DNA of 64,000 nucleotides. It comes from Deltaproteobacteria bacterium (GTDB lineage: Bacteria > Desulfobacterota > Binatia > DP-6). The notes beneath the pieces are model-generated. The model saw only the letters and a program-made list of their open reading frames with translations. It did not search any database and had not been told where the DNA came from. A program made the translations under genes and the position numbers. This document shows positions 18,182 to 28,515 of this stretch, piece after piece (within the stretch, counting starts at the first letter, position 1; each line of letters begins with the position of its first letter). Location: assembly GCA_005879795.1 (NCBI GenBank), contig VBKJ01000127.1, positions 7,427-71,426 on the forward strand, in the 5' to 3' direction.

Positions 18182-20239
18182 CTACCGGGTACGACGGTCG
18201 CTGGCCGCGCGTGTGGCGCGCGGGACCGCGCGGGGGCGCTCGAGGCTCTCCGGGATCGCCTTCGCTTCGGCGAGCCACGCGGCGACCGAGGCGTCCGAGG
18301 GCATGCGCCAGTCGCCGCGGGGGGAGAGGGAGCCGCCCGAGCCGACCTTGGGAGCGTCGGGGACGCAGTCGCGCTTGAACTGGTTGGCGAAGAAGCGCTC
18401 GAGGAAGACGAGGAGCCAGCGCCGGATCCCGGCCACCGGGTAGCGGCCGCCGAAGGCGTGCAGCGCCATGCGCGCGATGCGCCGCGGGCCGAAGCCGAAG
18501 CGCAGGAAGTAGTAGAGGAAGAAGTCGTGCAACTCGTAGGGGCCGATCAGCTCCTCCGAGCGCTGCGCGATCTCGCCGCCGGGGCCGAGGCGCAGGAGCT
18601 CGGGGCTGATCGGCGTGGCGAGGACGGCGCGCAGCACGCGCGCCACCTCGGGCTCGTCCCCGAAGATCACCTCCGCCGCCCAGCGGATCAGCTCGGAGAC
18701 GAGCGTCTTCGGCACGCCAGCGTTTACGCCGTAGTGCGACATGTGGTCGCCGCCGTACGTCGCCCAGCCGAGCGCCAGCTCGGAGAGGTCGCCGGTGCCG
18801 AGGTCGATGGCGCCCTCGCGCGAGGTGAGCGCGAAGAGGAGGAACTTCCGCGTCCATGCCTGCACGTTCTCGAAGGTGTGGTCCTCCCGCGCGGGGTCGT
18901 GGCCGATCGCCTCGAACACCTGGTCGGCGATCTTCGTGATGTCGATCTCGCGCAGCGTCGCGCCCAGCGCGCGCACCAGCGCGCGGGCGTTGTCGTGGGT
19001 CCCGCGCGAGGTTCCGAAGCCGGGCATGGTCACGCCGAAGATGCGCGTGCGGGGCAACCCGAGGAGGTCCATGGCGTGCGCCGCGACCAGGAGCGCCTCG
19101 GTCGAGTCCTGGCCGCCCGAGATGCCGATCACCGCCCGCCGCCCGTCCTCCGGCAGCGCGAGCAGCCGCCGCGCGAGCGAGGTCGCCTTGATGAGGAAGA
19201 TCTCGCGGCAGCGGGCGTCGCGCCGGGCGGGATCGGCGGGTACGAAGGGAAGCGGCGCGATCGTGCGGCGGAATTCGCGGTAGACGGCGGCGCCGCGGCG
19301 CTCCTCGGCCCCCGCAGCGGCGACCGTACGGAAGGGGCGCCCGTGCTGGCCCGCGTTCTCGCCCCACGAGGTCTGCCGCATGCGGTCCTCGCGCAGCGCG
19401 ACCAGATCGACGTCGGTCACCACCGCGGCGCCGTGGAGCGCGAAGCGCTCGGTCTCCGCGACCAGCTCGCCGCGCTCGGCGACCAGCCCGTGGCCATCCC
19501 AGGCCAGGTCCGCGGTCGACTCGCCGAAGCCGGCGGCGCTGTACATCTGCACGGCGAGGTTCTTGGCCGCCGAGGAGCGGACCAGCTCCTGCCGGTACTC
19601 CCACTTGCCGACGGTCACGTTCGAGGCCGAGAGGTTTGCGAGCACGGTCGCGCCCGCGAGGGCGGCCAGCGTCCCCGGCGGCACCGGCGTCCACAGGTCC
19701 TCGCAGATGTCGGTGTGAAGGACGAAGCCGGGCAGACGCGGCGCGGCGACCAGCACGTCCGTGCCGAACGGCACGCGCTCGCCGAGGAGCGGGATCTCCG
19801 TCGAGCGCGCATTGGCGGCGGGATGGAACCAGCGCCGCTCGTAGAACTCGCGGTAGTTGGGGGGGAAGGCCTTGGGGGCGACCGCGACGGCGCGCCCGCG
19901 GAAGAGGGTCACGGCGCAGTTGAAGAGGAGGTCGTCGACCACGAGTGGCATGCCGACGGACACGATCAGGTTCCACTCCGCCGCCGCCTCCGCCACCCGT
20001 GCGAGCGCCGCGAGCGCCGCGGCGAGCAGGGTCTCCTGGAAGAAGAGGTCGGCGCAGCTGTAGCCGGTGAGGCCGAGCTCGGGGCAGAGGGCGTAGTGCG
20101 CGCCGTCCCGGTGGACCTGCTCCAGGAGCCGGAGGTGCGCCTCGGTGTTGAAGGCCGGATCCGCGACGCGCACCTCGGGGACACAGACCGCGACGCGGGC
20201 GAAGCCGTGGGAGCGGACGTCGAGGAAGTCGTCGGCCAT
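18182..20239 (-). CDS. nadE: Glutamine-dependent NAD+ synthetase
   Basis: Nitrilase domain (PEL, PNYREFYE, ICED) plus SGGQDS and GTGDLSE. Confidence 0.95.
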   Translation of the reverse strand: MADDFLDVRSHGFARVAVCVPEVRVADPAFNTEAHLRLLEQVHRDGAHYALCPELGLTGYSCADLFFQETLLAAALAALARVAEAAAEWNLIVSVGMPLVVDDLLFNCAVTLFRGRAVAVAPKAFPPNYREFYERRWFHPAANARSTEIPLLGERVPFGTDVLVAAPRLPGFVLHTDICEDLWTPVPPGTLAALAGATVLANLSASNVTVGKWEYRQELVRSSAAKNLAVQMYSAAGFGESTADLAWDGHGLVAERGELVAETERFALHGAAVVTDVDLVALREDRMRQTSWGENAGQHGRPFRTVAAAGAEERRGAAVYREFRRTIAPLPFVPADPARRDARCREIFLIKATSLARRLLALPEDGRRAVIGISGGQDSTEALLVAAHAMDLLGLPRTRIFGVTMPGFGTSRGTHDNARALVRALGATLREIDITKIADQVFEAIGHDPAREDHTFENVQAWTRKFLLFALTSREGAIDLGTGDLSELALGWATYGGDHMSHYGVNAGVPKTLVSELIRWAAEVIFGDEPEVARVLRAVLATPISPELLRLGPGGEIAQRSEELIGPYELHDFFLYYFLRFGFGPRRIARMALHAFGGRYPVAGIRRWLLVFLERFFANQFKRDCVPDAPKVGSGGSLSPRGDWRMPSDASVAAWLAEAKAIPESLERPRAVPRATRAASDRRTR

Positions 20240-20363
20240 CACTCAGACAATATAGCGTGCCGCCCGGGGTCGGACCAATGACGAGGCCGACGCCAGGAGG
20301 TCGAGGTGAGGGTGGGGGTTCGGGCCGGCTTGACGCTCGCGCCCGCCGGCGGGTATCGCCCCC

Positions 20364-21164
20364 GTGGTGCGCTTCTCGATGAGCGAGATCACGACCCTCG
20401 GCTGGTCCTTCGAGCGGGACGTCGAGGCGTTCGCGGCCGCGGGCGCACCCGGGATCGGCGTGTCCGTCCGGAAGCTCGAGGCGGTCGGGGTGACACGCGC
20501 CGCGCGACTCATCCGCGAGGCCGGCCTTGCCGTCTCGTGCCTCACCTCGTCGGGCCTGTTCCCGCTCGGCGACCCGCCGGGCGAGCGCCGCGCGCTCGAG
20601 CGTGCCCGCGTGCACCTCGCGGCCGCGGCCGAGCTGGGCGCGAGCACCCTCTTCGTGCTGCCCGGACCGCCGGGCGCGCTCTCCTGGGAGGAGGCGGCGG
20701 GCCGTGCCCGTCCGCTCGTCGAGGCCCTCCTGCCGGAGGCGGAGGGGGCGCGTGTCCGCCTCGCGCTCGAGCCGGTGAGCCAGCTGCGCATGGACCTCGG
20801 CTTCCTCCACTCCTTCGACGAGGCGCTCGACTTCGCCGACGCCTTCGCCTCTGCCTGGCTCGGCGTCGTCCTCGAGCTGAACAATGCCTGGATCGAGCGC
20901 CGCCTCTACGAGAACATCCGCCGGCGCGCGGGACGCATCGCCATCGTGCAGGTGAGCGACTTCAAGGTGGGCACCATGTGTGCCAGCGAGCGTGTCGTCA
21001 TCGGCGACGGCGACATCCCGCTCCGCCGCCTCTGCCGGGCGCTCGCGGATGCCGGCTACGACGGCTGGTACGACATCGAGCTCCTCGGCCCCGCCATCGA
21101 GGCGGAGGGCTACGAGGCAGTGCTGCCGCGCGCGATCGCGCGCTTCCGTGCGCTGTGGACCTGA
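20364..21164 (+). CDS. Sugar phosphate isomerase/epimerase (AP endonuclease 2 TIM barrel)
   Basis: LALEP, QVSD, R..IGDGDIPL, GYDGWYDIE. Confidence 0.85.
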   Translation: MVRFSMSEITTLGWSFERDVEAFAAAGAPGIGVSVRKLEAVGVTRAARLIREAGLAVSCLTSSGLFPLGDPPGERRALERARVHLAAAAELGASTLFVLPGPPGALSWEEAAGRARPLVEALLPEAEGARVRLALEPVSQLRMDLGFLHSFDEALDFADAFASAWLGVVLELNNAWIERRLYENIRRRAGRIAIVQVSDFKVGTMCASERVVIGDGDIPLRRLCRALADAGYDGWYDIELLGPAIEAEGYEAVLPRAIARFRALWT

Positions 21165-21239
21165 GCGCCTTCCCGGACGGCTTGCCCTCGCGCGGCGGCG
21201 GGCGGTAGAGACCGCCATCTCGTTCACGGGAGGGCTCGC

Positions 21240-21998
21240 ATGAGGCTCGAGGACAAGGTCGCGATCATCACCGGCGCGGGGCAGGGGATCGGTGAGGCCT
21301 ACGCCCGGCGCTTCGCCAAGGAGGGTGCCCGCGTGGTGGTCGCGGACATCAACGCCGAGAAGGGCGCGGCCGTGGCGCGTGACCTCGGGCACGTCTTCGA
21401 GCGCGTCGACGTGTCGAGCGAGGACGACACCCAGCGCCTCTGCCGGGCGGTCGCCGACCGGTTCGGGCGCATCGACGTGCTCATCAACAACGCCGCCATC
21501 TTCTTCGGCATCGACAACCAGAACACCAGCTACGCGTATCTGCGCAGGATCTTCGACGTGAACTACTTCGGCGCCTGGCTCATGTGCCGCGCCGTCTTCC
21601 CGCACATGCGCGACGGCGGGGGCGGCTCGATCATCAACCAGTCCTCGGGCGCGGCTTACGTGCACCCCGAGTATCCGATCGAGAACGAGCTGCCCTCGTT
21701 CCACTACAGCGTCACCAAGGCGGCCATGAACGCGATGACGCACTACATGGCCGGCTCGGTCGGCCGGTACAACATCCGCGTGAACGCGATCGCCCCCGGC
21801 CCGACGATGACCGAGGCCACCCGGCAGGGCGTCCCCGCGCACTTCCTGGACATGATCATCAACTTCCAGATGGCGATCCATCGCGCACTCGATCCCGACG
21901 ACCTGACCGGTACGGCGGTCTGGCTCGCCTCGGACGACGCGAAGATGGTGACCGGACAGGTGATCCCGGTGGACGGCGGGATGATCATGCTCGGGTGA
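21240..21998 (+). CDS. Short-chain dehydrogenase/reductase
   Basis: TGAGQGIG, NNAA, YSVTK, VDGG. Confidence 0.95.
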   Translation: MRLEDKVAIITGAGQGIGEAYARRFAKEGARVVVADINAEKGAAVARDLGHVFERVDVSSEDDTQRLCRAVADRFGRIDVLINNAAIFFGIDNQNTSYAYLRRIFDVNYFGAWLMCRAVFPHMRDGGGGSIINQSSGAAYVHPEYPIENELPSFHYSVTKAAMNAMTHYMAGSVGRYNIRVNAIAPGPTMTEATRQGVPAHFLDMIINFQMAIHRALDPDDLTGTAVWLASDDAKMVTGQVIPVDGGMIMLG

Positions 21999-22090
21999 GC
22001 CGGCTGGAGGGATGGTGCCGCTACACTCCCATCGGAACCCCGGACGACCGCGCGGTGCCGAAGTGGCCGATCGGCGGAGGCGTCAAGCCG

Positions 22091-22492
22091 TCAGCGGGTG
22101 GCACTCAGCGGGCGGGGCGGACGTCTCAGGTCCCCGGCGGCGACCTGCTTGCGCAGCGTCACCACGAGCGCATCGTCGGTGTCGTACTCGGCGGTCGGCC
22201 CTTCTTCGATCACGCGCTCCGGCAGGCGGAGGGCTCGGGAGCGGACCGGCCGGCCCTCCGTGTCGCGCGCGAGCACGACCACCTTGCGGCCCGCGAACCG
22301 GACCTCCACCGACCCGGGCTCGACGTCCCGGCGCGCGCGGATGCGGAGCTGGACCGCGTCCGGGGTCTCGCTGACCGAGACCGTGAGCGCGCCGGACGCC
22401 GGCCCCGAGGCGCGGTCGTCGATCTCCCCCTCCGCGGTTCCGTGCCCGAGCACCGCGAGCAGCAACACGAGAACGCCCGCCACGCGCCACAT
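22091..22492 (-). CDS. Hsp20/alpha-crystallin-like domain protein with predicted signal peptide
   Basis: Hydrophobic N-terminus, then VSETPDAVQLRI..VEPGSVEVRF..VVV..RALRLPERV..TAEY..LVVTLRK. Confidence 0.6.
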   Translation of the reverse strand: MWRVAGVLVLLLAVLGHGTAEGEIDDRASGPASGALTVSVSETPDAVQLRIRARRDVEPGSVEVRFAGRKVVVLARDTEGRPVRSRALRLPERVIEEGPTAEYDTDDALVVTLRKQVAAGDLRRPPRPLSATR

Positions 22493-22562
22493 GCGGCCCC
22501 CCGAACGAGACGATGAGGTCGCCTCCCTAGATGGGCTCTGGCGCGCGCCGAGTCAAGCCATA

Positions 22563-23774
22563 CTAGATGACTTCCTCTTCCCGCAGCCGCCCGATCTCCT
22601 CCCACGAGTAGCCGAGCACCTCGGTCAGGACCTCCTCGGTGTGCTGCCCGAACTCGGGGGCAGGGAGGCGGATCGACCCGGGGGTTTCGCTGAGGCGCAC
22701 GGGGAGGCCGACCACCTGCGTCGGCCCGAAGGCCGGGTGCTTGAACGCCGTCACGTACCGGTTCGCCTGCATCTGCGGGTCATCCGGCAGGTCATCGACC
22801 GAATTGATGACAGAGTAGATGAAGTCGCCGCCCTCGGCGAGGCGACGGATCCACTCCGCGCGCGGGCGGCGCGCGAACACCTCGTCGAGGAGCGCGATGC
22901 ACTCGCCCGCGTTCATCATGCGATCGAGCATGGTCGTGAAGCGCGCGTCGGCCGCCGCCTGGGGGATCTCGAGCACCGCGCAGAAACGGGTCCAGTAGCG
23001 GTCGGGCTGGAGCATGCTGAGGGCGAGCCACAGGCCATCGCTACACTTGTAGTGGTTCCAGAGCGGGTTGGTAGCGTAGCGCCGCGGCTGGCGGGGAAGC
23101 GCGCGGCCGAGCATCAGGCGCGCCGAGAGCCCCAGGCCCTGGAGCCAGGCCATCGAGCCCAGGTGCGAGGCGTCGACCTCCTGGCCGCGGCCGGAGCGCT
23201 CGCGCGCGAGGAGGGCTGTGACGATGCCGTAGGCGAGCATGATCGCGCCCATCTGGTCGGCGATGCCGCCCGCGATGGCGAGCGGCTCGTCGTCGGGCTC
23301 GCCCGCCGAGTACATGATGCCCGAGCGCGCGAGGCCGAGGTAGTCGAAGGACGGCGCGCCGCTCTCGGGGCCCTCGGGCCCGTAGCCGCTGGCGCTTGCG
23401 TAGACGAGGCGCGGGTTGCGGGCGCGGAGCGTGGCCGCGTCGAGTCCGAGGCGCGCCGCCACCCCCTTGCGGAAGTTCTGCACGAACACGTCGGCGCGCT
23501 CGGCCAGGCGCTGCACGAGCGCCACGCCCGCGGGCTTCTTCAGGTCGACCGTCAGGCTCCGCTTGTTGCGGTTGTTGGCCTCGAAGTAGAAGTTCGGCCG
23601 GTCCCGGAGATCGAGGCCCTGCGCCTTCAGCACGCCGCGCCCCGGGTCGCCCCCGACGCGCTCCTCGATTTTGATGACGTCGGCCCCCAGGTCGCCGAGC
23701 ATGACCGAGGCGACGGGCCCCTGCTGCCAGATGGTCCAGTCGATGACCCGGGTCCCTTCGAGCGGCATGGGCAT
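22563..23774 (-). CDS. Family III CoA-transferase (CaiB/BaiF)
   Basis: PLEGTRVID, LGADVIKIE, NRNKRSL, NFR, IADQMGA, PEFGQHT. Confidence 0.95.
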   Translation of the reverse strand: MPMPLEGTRVIDWTIWQQGPVASVMLGDLGADVIKIEERVGGDPGRGVLKAQGLDLRDRPNFYFEANNRNKRSLTVDLKKPAGVALVQRLAERADVFVQNFRKGVAARLGLDAATLRARNPRLVYASASGYGPEGPESGAPSFDYLGLARSGIMYSAGEPDDEPLAIAGGIADQMGAIMLAYGIVTALLARERSGRGQEVDASHLGSMAWLQGLGLSARLMLGRALPRQPRRYATNPLWNHYKCSDGLWLALSMLQPDRYWTRFCAVLEIPQAAADARFTTMLDRMMNAGECIALLDEVFARRPRAEWIRRLAEGGDFIYSVINSVDDLPDDPQMQANRYVTAFKHPAFGPTQVVGLPVRLSETPGSIRLPAPEFGQHTEEVLTEVLGYSWEEIGRLREEEVI

Positions 23775-23831
23775 CGCGAATGACCTCCGGGCGGGCTCCT
23801 CGCACACCCCCGGGCCGGCTGGCAAGCCGGC

Positions 23832-25481
23832 TCAGCTGCCCCGCAGCACGCGGCGCCGAAAGAGGAGCAGGCCCACCGCCAGGTAGACGGCCCCGTGCGC
23901 GAGCAGCACCGCCGTCGCGCCGAGCACGGCGCCGGCCGGCTGCCGGCGGATCATCAGGTCGTTGTATGCCTCCATTGCCCAGGTGGTCGGCAAGGCAAGC
24001 GCTGCCCGCCGCATCCAGTCGGGCTCGAGGTCGATCGGCCACCAGCAGCCGCCGACCGCGGCCATGGTCATGATCGCGATCGAGCCGAGCGGCAGCACCG
24101 CCTCGCGGCCCGGCGCGGCCGCGGCGACCACCAGGCCGAAGGCGGTGCCCGCGAACACGATGCCCGCGGTGGGGAGGAAGAGCGCCCATGGCTCGGGGCC
24201 GAGCGAGACGCCGAAGGCGAGCCGCCCGACGACGAAGAGGAGCGCCATCTGCACCAACCCCACCGCCGCACGCGCCGCGAGCTTCGCGACCAGGACGGCC
24301 GTGAGCGGTATCGGCGTCGTGCGCACGCGCTCGAGCGTGCCCCACTCGTCCTCGTCGAGAAGGCCGAGCGATACCCCGAGCAGCACGCCGAGGAGGAGGA
24401 AGGTGACGCCGAACCCGGGCACGTTCTGATCGAAGGTGTTGAGCCGGCGCGGCGCGCCGGTGACGCTGGTCTCCTCGAGCGCGAGGGGCCCGGGCAGGCG
24501 GCCGGCAGGCGGCTCGGGGAGCGCCGGGAGGTCGAGCGAGGGCGCGGCCGGCAACGCCGGCGGCGCCAGGGGCGGGAGCGCCGGCGCGCCGTCGGGGGCC
24601 ACCAGGCGCGCCGCGACCGCATCGGGGTCCGCGCTCGCCAGCTCCTCGAGCGCGGGCGGCACCCGCGGCGGCTCGGGTGGCGGCGGGACGCGGTCGGCGA
24701 AATGCCCGGCTCGCTCGCGCACGGCCGCGAGCCACTCGGCGAAGGCCTGCCGCTTGGCGGCCAGCTCGGCCAGGAACGCGCGCAGCGGTGCCAGCGCCGC
24801 GGCGAGGCGGGCGCGCGCCGCGGCCTGTCGCTCCGCGAGCGCCGCGCGCAGCTCGCGCTCCGCAGCGGCCCTCCGCCGCTCGGCGTCTGCCCGCATCGCC
24901 TCGAGGCGCGCGCCGAGATCGTCGAGCGCACGGTGGAGGTCGTCGGCGGCGTGCACGAAGCGCGCCCGCGCGTCCGCCGCCTGGGCGCGGGCCGCGTCGA
25001 GCTCGTGCCGGGCGCGCTCGACCGCAGCCGCCTCGAGCCCGTGGCGCAGTTCCTGCGCCAGGGCGCGCACGTAGGCGACGTCCACCGTCTTCACGGGGTC
25101 GGTCAGGAGGACGAGCGCCGCGGCGCGCCCCCCGCCGACCGCCTCCGACGCCCCCGCGGGGACGACGAGCGCCGCCGCCGCCCGCTTCGCCTGCACGAGC
25201 GCGCGCGCCGCCTCGGCCGTCGCGACCGGGCGCGCCCGGACCGACGGCTCGTCCGCGAGTCGCTCGCGCACCGCCCGCCCGACCCAGCCGCCGTCCTCGT
25301 CGGCGACCGGCAGGACGGGTGCCGTGCCGCCGCGCGGCTCGGCGCCATAGAGCGTTGCGAGCGAGAGGCCCGCGACCGAGATCACCACGATCGGGGCGAC
25401 GGTCAGGAACACGAGCCCCACGCGGTCCCGCGCCAGCAACCGGAGGTCCTTCCCGAGCGCCGCGGCGAGGCCGGCGAGCAT
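23832..25481 (-). CDS. ABC-2 exporter permease with long coiled-coil/Pro-rich insertion
   Basis: KDLRLLARDR N-terminus; QNVPG, GTLER, GGCWWP..PDWM, PTTWAM C-terminal membrane block. Confidence 0.85.
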   Translation of the reverse strand: MLAGLAAALGKDLRLLARDRVGLVFLTVAPIVVISVAGLSLATLYGAEPRGGTAPVLPVADEDGGWVGRAVRERLADEPSVRARPVATAEAARALVQAKRAAAALVVPAGASEAVGGGRAAALVLLTDPVKTVDVAYVRALAQELRHGLEAAAVERARHELDAARAQAADARARFVHAADDLHRALDDLGARLEAMRADAERRRAAAERELRAALAERQAAARARLAAALAPLRAFLAELAAKRQAFAEWLAAVRERAGHFADRVPPPPEPPRVPPALEELASADPDAVAARLVAPDGAPALPPLAPPALPAAPSLDLPALPEPPAGRLPGPLALEETSVTGAPRRLNTFDQNVPGFGVTFLLLGVLLGVSLGLLDEDEWGTLERVRTTPIPLTAVLVAKLAARAAVGLVQMALLFVVGRLAFGVSLGPEPWALFLPTAGIVFAGTAFGLVVAAAAPGREAVLPLGSIAIMTMAAVGGCWWPIDLEPDWMRRAALALPTTWAMEAYNDLMIRRQPAGAVLGATAVLLAHGAVYLAVGLLLFRRRVLRGS

Positions 25482-26434
25482 CAGGCGGAGGCGGCCGGCG
25501 CGTCCTCGTCGCGGAGCGCGCGGCCGGTGAGCGCGAAGAACGCGTCGGCGAGGCTCGGGCGGACGAGCGCCATCTCGAGGACGTCGCCGCCGGCGCGCAG
25601 CGCGGCGGCGAGGATCGCCGGCGCGGTCGCCGTGTCCGTCACCGCGATGGTGGTCTCGGGAGCGGAGGGGTCGGCGAGCGTCGCGCCCGCGACGCCCGCG
25701 AGCCACCCGGGCGGCAACGGGCGCCCGGTGCGCAGGCGCAGGATCGGCCTCAGGCCCGCGCCCGCCACCAGCGCCGCCGGCGTCCCGGCGGCGACCACGC
25801 GACCCCTGTCGAGCAGCACCACACGCGCGCACAGACGCTCCGCTTCCTCCATCTGGTGCGTGCTGTAGAGGACGGCCGCGCCGCCGCGTGCGAGCGTCTC
25901 GATCGCCTCGAAGATGCGCTCGCGCGACTGCGGATCGACGCCCACGACCGGCTCGTCGAGGAGCACGACCGCAGGCCGGTGGAGGATGCCGCAGGCGAGG
26001 TTCAGGCGCCGACGCATCCCGCCCGAGAGCCACGCGACCGGCTCGTGGGCGCGCGTGGCGAGGCCGACCAGGTCGAGCGCCGCGGCCGCGCTCCGCGCCG
26101 CCTCCGCTCTCCCGAGCCCGAAGGCGCGCGCGAAGAAGCGCAGGTTCTCGCGCGCCCCGAGCGTCGGGTAGACCGCGACCTGCTGCGGGACGAGGCCGAG
26201 CGCGCGGCGGGCGCGGGCGGCGCCGGCCGGGAGCGCGTGGCCCGCCACCGCGACCCGTCCCGCGTCGAAGCGGAGCAGGGTGGCGAGGACGCCGAGCGTC
26301 GTCGACTTGCCGGCGCCGTTGGGGCCGAGGAGCCCGACGATCTCGCCCGCGGCGACCTCGAAGGAGACGCCGCCGAGCGCGAGCTGCGCACCGTAACTCT
26401 TGCGGAGCGCCTCGACTAGGATCGGGGGAGCCAC
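25481..26434 (-). CDS. ABC transporter ATP-binding protein
   Basis: GPNGAGKST, LSGGM, LLDEP, STH; GTG start; stop overlaps the permease start. Confidence 0.93.
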   Translation of the reverse strand: MAPPILVEALRKSYGAQLALGGVSFEVAAGEIVGLLGPNGAGKSTTLGVLATLLRFDAGRVAVAGHALPAGAARARRALGLVPQQVAVYPTLGARENLRFFARAFGLGRAEAARSAAAALDLVGLATRAHEPVAWLSGGMRRRLNLACGILHRPAVVLLDEPVVGVDPQSRERIFEAIETLARGGAAVLYSTHQMEEAERLCARVVLLDRGRVVAAGTPAALVAGAGLRPILRLRTGRPLPPGWLAGVAGATLADPSAPETTIAVTDTATAPAILAAALRAGGDVLEMALVRPSLADAFFALTGRALRDEDAPAASA

Positions 26435-26485
26435 GCGGCGAGCGACATATTGACACGCCGGGAGGCTCCGTCCATAGGCCCGGCC

Positions 26486-27910
26486 ATGCGCATCCTCCTC
26501 CTCGCCATGCCGGACACCGCGTCCTCGCTCGATCGCGTGATGAAGTTCCCGAACCTCGGGCTGTGCACGATCGCAGCCGAGGTGCCGGAGCACGAGGTGC
26601 GCATCCTGGACCTGGTGCTGCACCCCCGGGGCGTGCGGCGGCGTGTCCTCGAGGAGGTGGCCGCGTTCCAGCCGGACCTGGTCGGCTACTCGGCGATGTC
26701 GTTCCAGTACGAGACGGCGCGCATCCTGGCCGAGGCCGTGCGCGCGGCCGCGCCCGGCACGCTCCACGTGCTGGGCGGCTACCACGCCACCGTGCTCGCC
26801 GACCGGGTCGCGGCGCGGGACGGCCGGGTCTTCGACTTCATCGTGCGGGGCGAGGGCGAGCGCGCCTTCCGGCAGCTCGCCGACGTGCTGGTCGGCGGGG
26901 GCGACCTGGCCGCGATACCGGGGCTCTCGTGGCGCGGGGCCCGGGGCTGGCGCCACAACCCCGCCGGCGAGCTGCTGGCGCTCGACTCGCTGCCGCTCCC
27001 GCGCCGCACGGCGCGGGCGTGGGACGGTGCGTTCTATTTCGACCGGAGCTTCGACGTCGCCGAGACGACGCGCGGCTGCCCGCTGCCGTGCACCTTCTGT
27101 TCCATCCGCCGCATGTACGGGCGCACGTTCCGCAGGTTCCCCCTCGCGCGCGTGATCGCGGACCTGCGCGCGCTCGACCGCCGCGCCGTGCGCGGCGTCT
27201 TCTTCGTCGACGACAACGTCACGATCGACGTGCCGCGCTTCAAGGAGCTGTGCGAGGAGATCGTGGCGGCGGGCCTCTCGCACCTGCGCTACGTCGTGCA
27301 GGCCTCGGTGCACGGCATCGCCAAGGACCCGACGCTGGCGCCCGCCATGGCGCGCGCCGGCTTCGACACCGTCTTCATGGGCATCGAGAACGCCGAGGAC
27401 GCGAACGTGGCCGCGCTCGAGATCCGGCCGAAGCTCGGCCGGGGCGAGAACGAGACGCCGCGCGCCGTCCGCCTCCTCCGGGAGAACGGCATCAAGGCGG
27501 TGGGCGGCTTCATCGTCGGCAACCCGGACGACGACCGCGCCGCCATCAGCCGCACCTTCCGCTACGCGCGCCGGCTCGGGCTCGACTTCCCGATCGTGCA
27601 GTGTCTCACGCCCTACCCGCGTACCGAGATGCGGGCGGAGCTGCTCGCCGCGGGGCTGGTGACGAACCCCGACGATCTCACGCGCTACAACGGCTACATG
27701 GTGAACGTGCGCACGCGCCACCTGACCAGCGCCGAGATCGCGCGCGCCATGCTGTGGGAGAGCGTGAAGCTCTACTACGACCCGCGCGCGGCGCGGCGGA
27801 GCCGCTTCTTCCGCGACTTCCCGGCGTTCCGCGGGAAGATGCTCCTGAACAACCTGGCGCTCTTCGCGGGCGCGCGAAACCGCCTCTTCCGCTCGACGCA
27901 CACCCTCTGA
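26486..27910 (+). CDS. Cobalamin-binding radical SAM protein (class B methyltransferase-like)
   Basis: B12-binding region (PNLGL, LGGYHAT, GEGE) then RGCPLPCTFC, FVDDN, GIE, TPYPRT. Confidence 0.9.
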   Translation: MRILLLAMPDTASSLDRVMKFPNLGLCTIAAEVPEHEVRILDLVLHPRGVRRRVLEEVAAFQPDLVGYSAMSFQYETARILAEAVRAAAPGTLHVLGGYHATVLADRVAARDGRVFDFIVRGEGERAFRQLADVLVGGGDLAAIPGLSWRGARGWRHNPAGELLALDSLPLPRRTARAWDGAFYFDRSFDVAETTRGCPLPCTFCSIRRMYGRTFRRFPLARVIADLRALDRRAVRGVFFVDDNVTIDVPRFKELCEEIVAAGLSHLRYVVQASVHGIAKDPTLAPAMARAGFDTVFMGIENAEDANVAALEIRPKLGRGENETPRAVRLLRENGIKAVGGFIVGNPDDDRAAISRTFRYARRLGLDFPIVQCLTPYPRTEMRAELLAAGLVTNPDDLTRYNGYMVNVRTRHLTSAEIARAMLWESVKLYYDPRAARRSRFFRDFPAFRGKMLLNNLALFAGARNRLFRSTHTL

Positions 27911-27963
27911 GCGCTCCGCGAGCGTCCAGGAGGGCGGGCCCCGCGCCCGTCCTGCGCGCCGGC

Positions 27964-28383
27964 TCAGCGCGGGAACTGGGCCAGGAAGTGCGCCGCCGGA
28001 CCCTCGGTCGAGAGGCGTCTCGCGGAGCGGCCCTCGGCCTGCAGGAAGAGGGCCGGGTAGCCCCGCGAGCCGTAATCCTTCTCGAGCCGGCGCTCGGCCG
28101 CGCCGTGCTCGGGGTTGATGCGCACCTTCAGGTAGTCTTTCAGGCGCGAGGTCACCTCGCCCGACTCGAGCAGCTGGTCGAGCGTGCGGCAGTGCGGGCA
28201 CCAGTCGGTGCGGAAGTAGATCAGCACGGGGCCGCCGTCCGAGCGTTGCCGGCGGACCGTATACTGGTAGCCGGCGCTGTCCTCGTACCAGGACCAGGAC
28301 GCGCAGGCCGGGCGCACCATGGCAGACGCGAGCGCGATCCCGATCGCCAGCGCGCGCACGGTCCCTCTCGCCTTCGGCGTCAT
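27964..28383 (-). CDS. Exported thioredoxin-family protein
   Basis: Signal peptide, WCPHC active site, GYP cis-Pro motif. Confidence 0.85.
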   Translation of the reverse strand: MTPKARGTVRALAIGIALASAMVRPACASWSWYEDSAGYQYTVRRQRSDGGPVLIYFRTDWCPHCRTLDQLLESGEVTSRLKDYLKVRINPEHGAAERRLEKDYGSRGYPALFLQAEGRSARRLSTEGPAAHFLAQFPR

Positions 28384-28515
28384 CGGGTCACCTCTCCCCC
28401 CAGCACGGCCAGTCGGTACCGGCTCACGAGCGCTCCCTTAAAGGAGGAGACCGTCGCGGAGTCAAGGGCGCGGCCACGCTTGACCGCGCGGCGTCAGTCG
28501 ATAGAAGCGGGCGCG

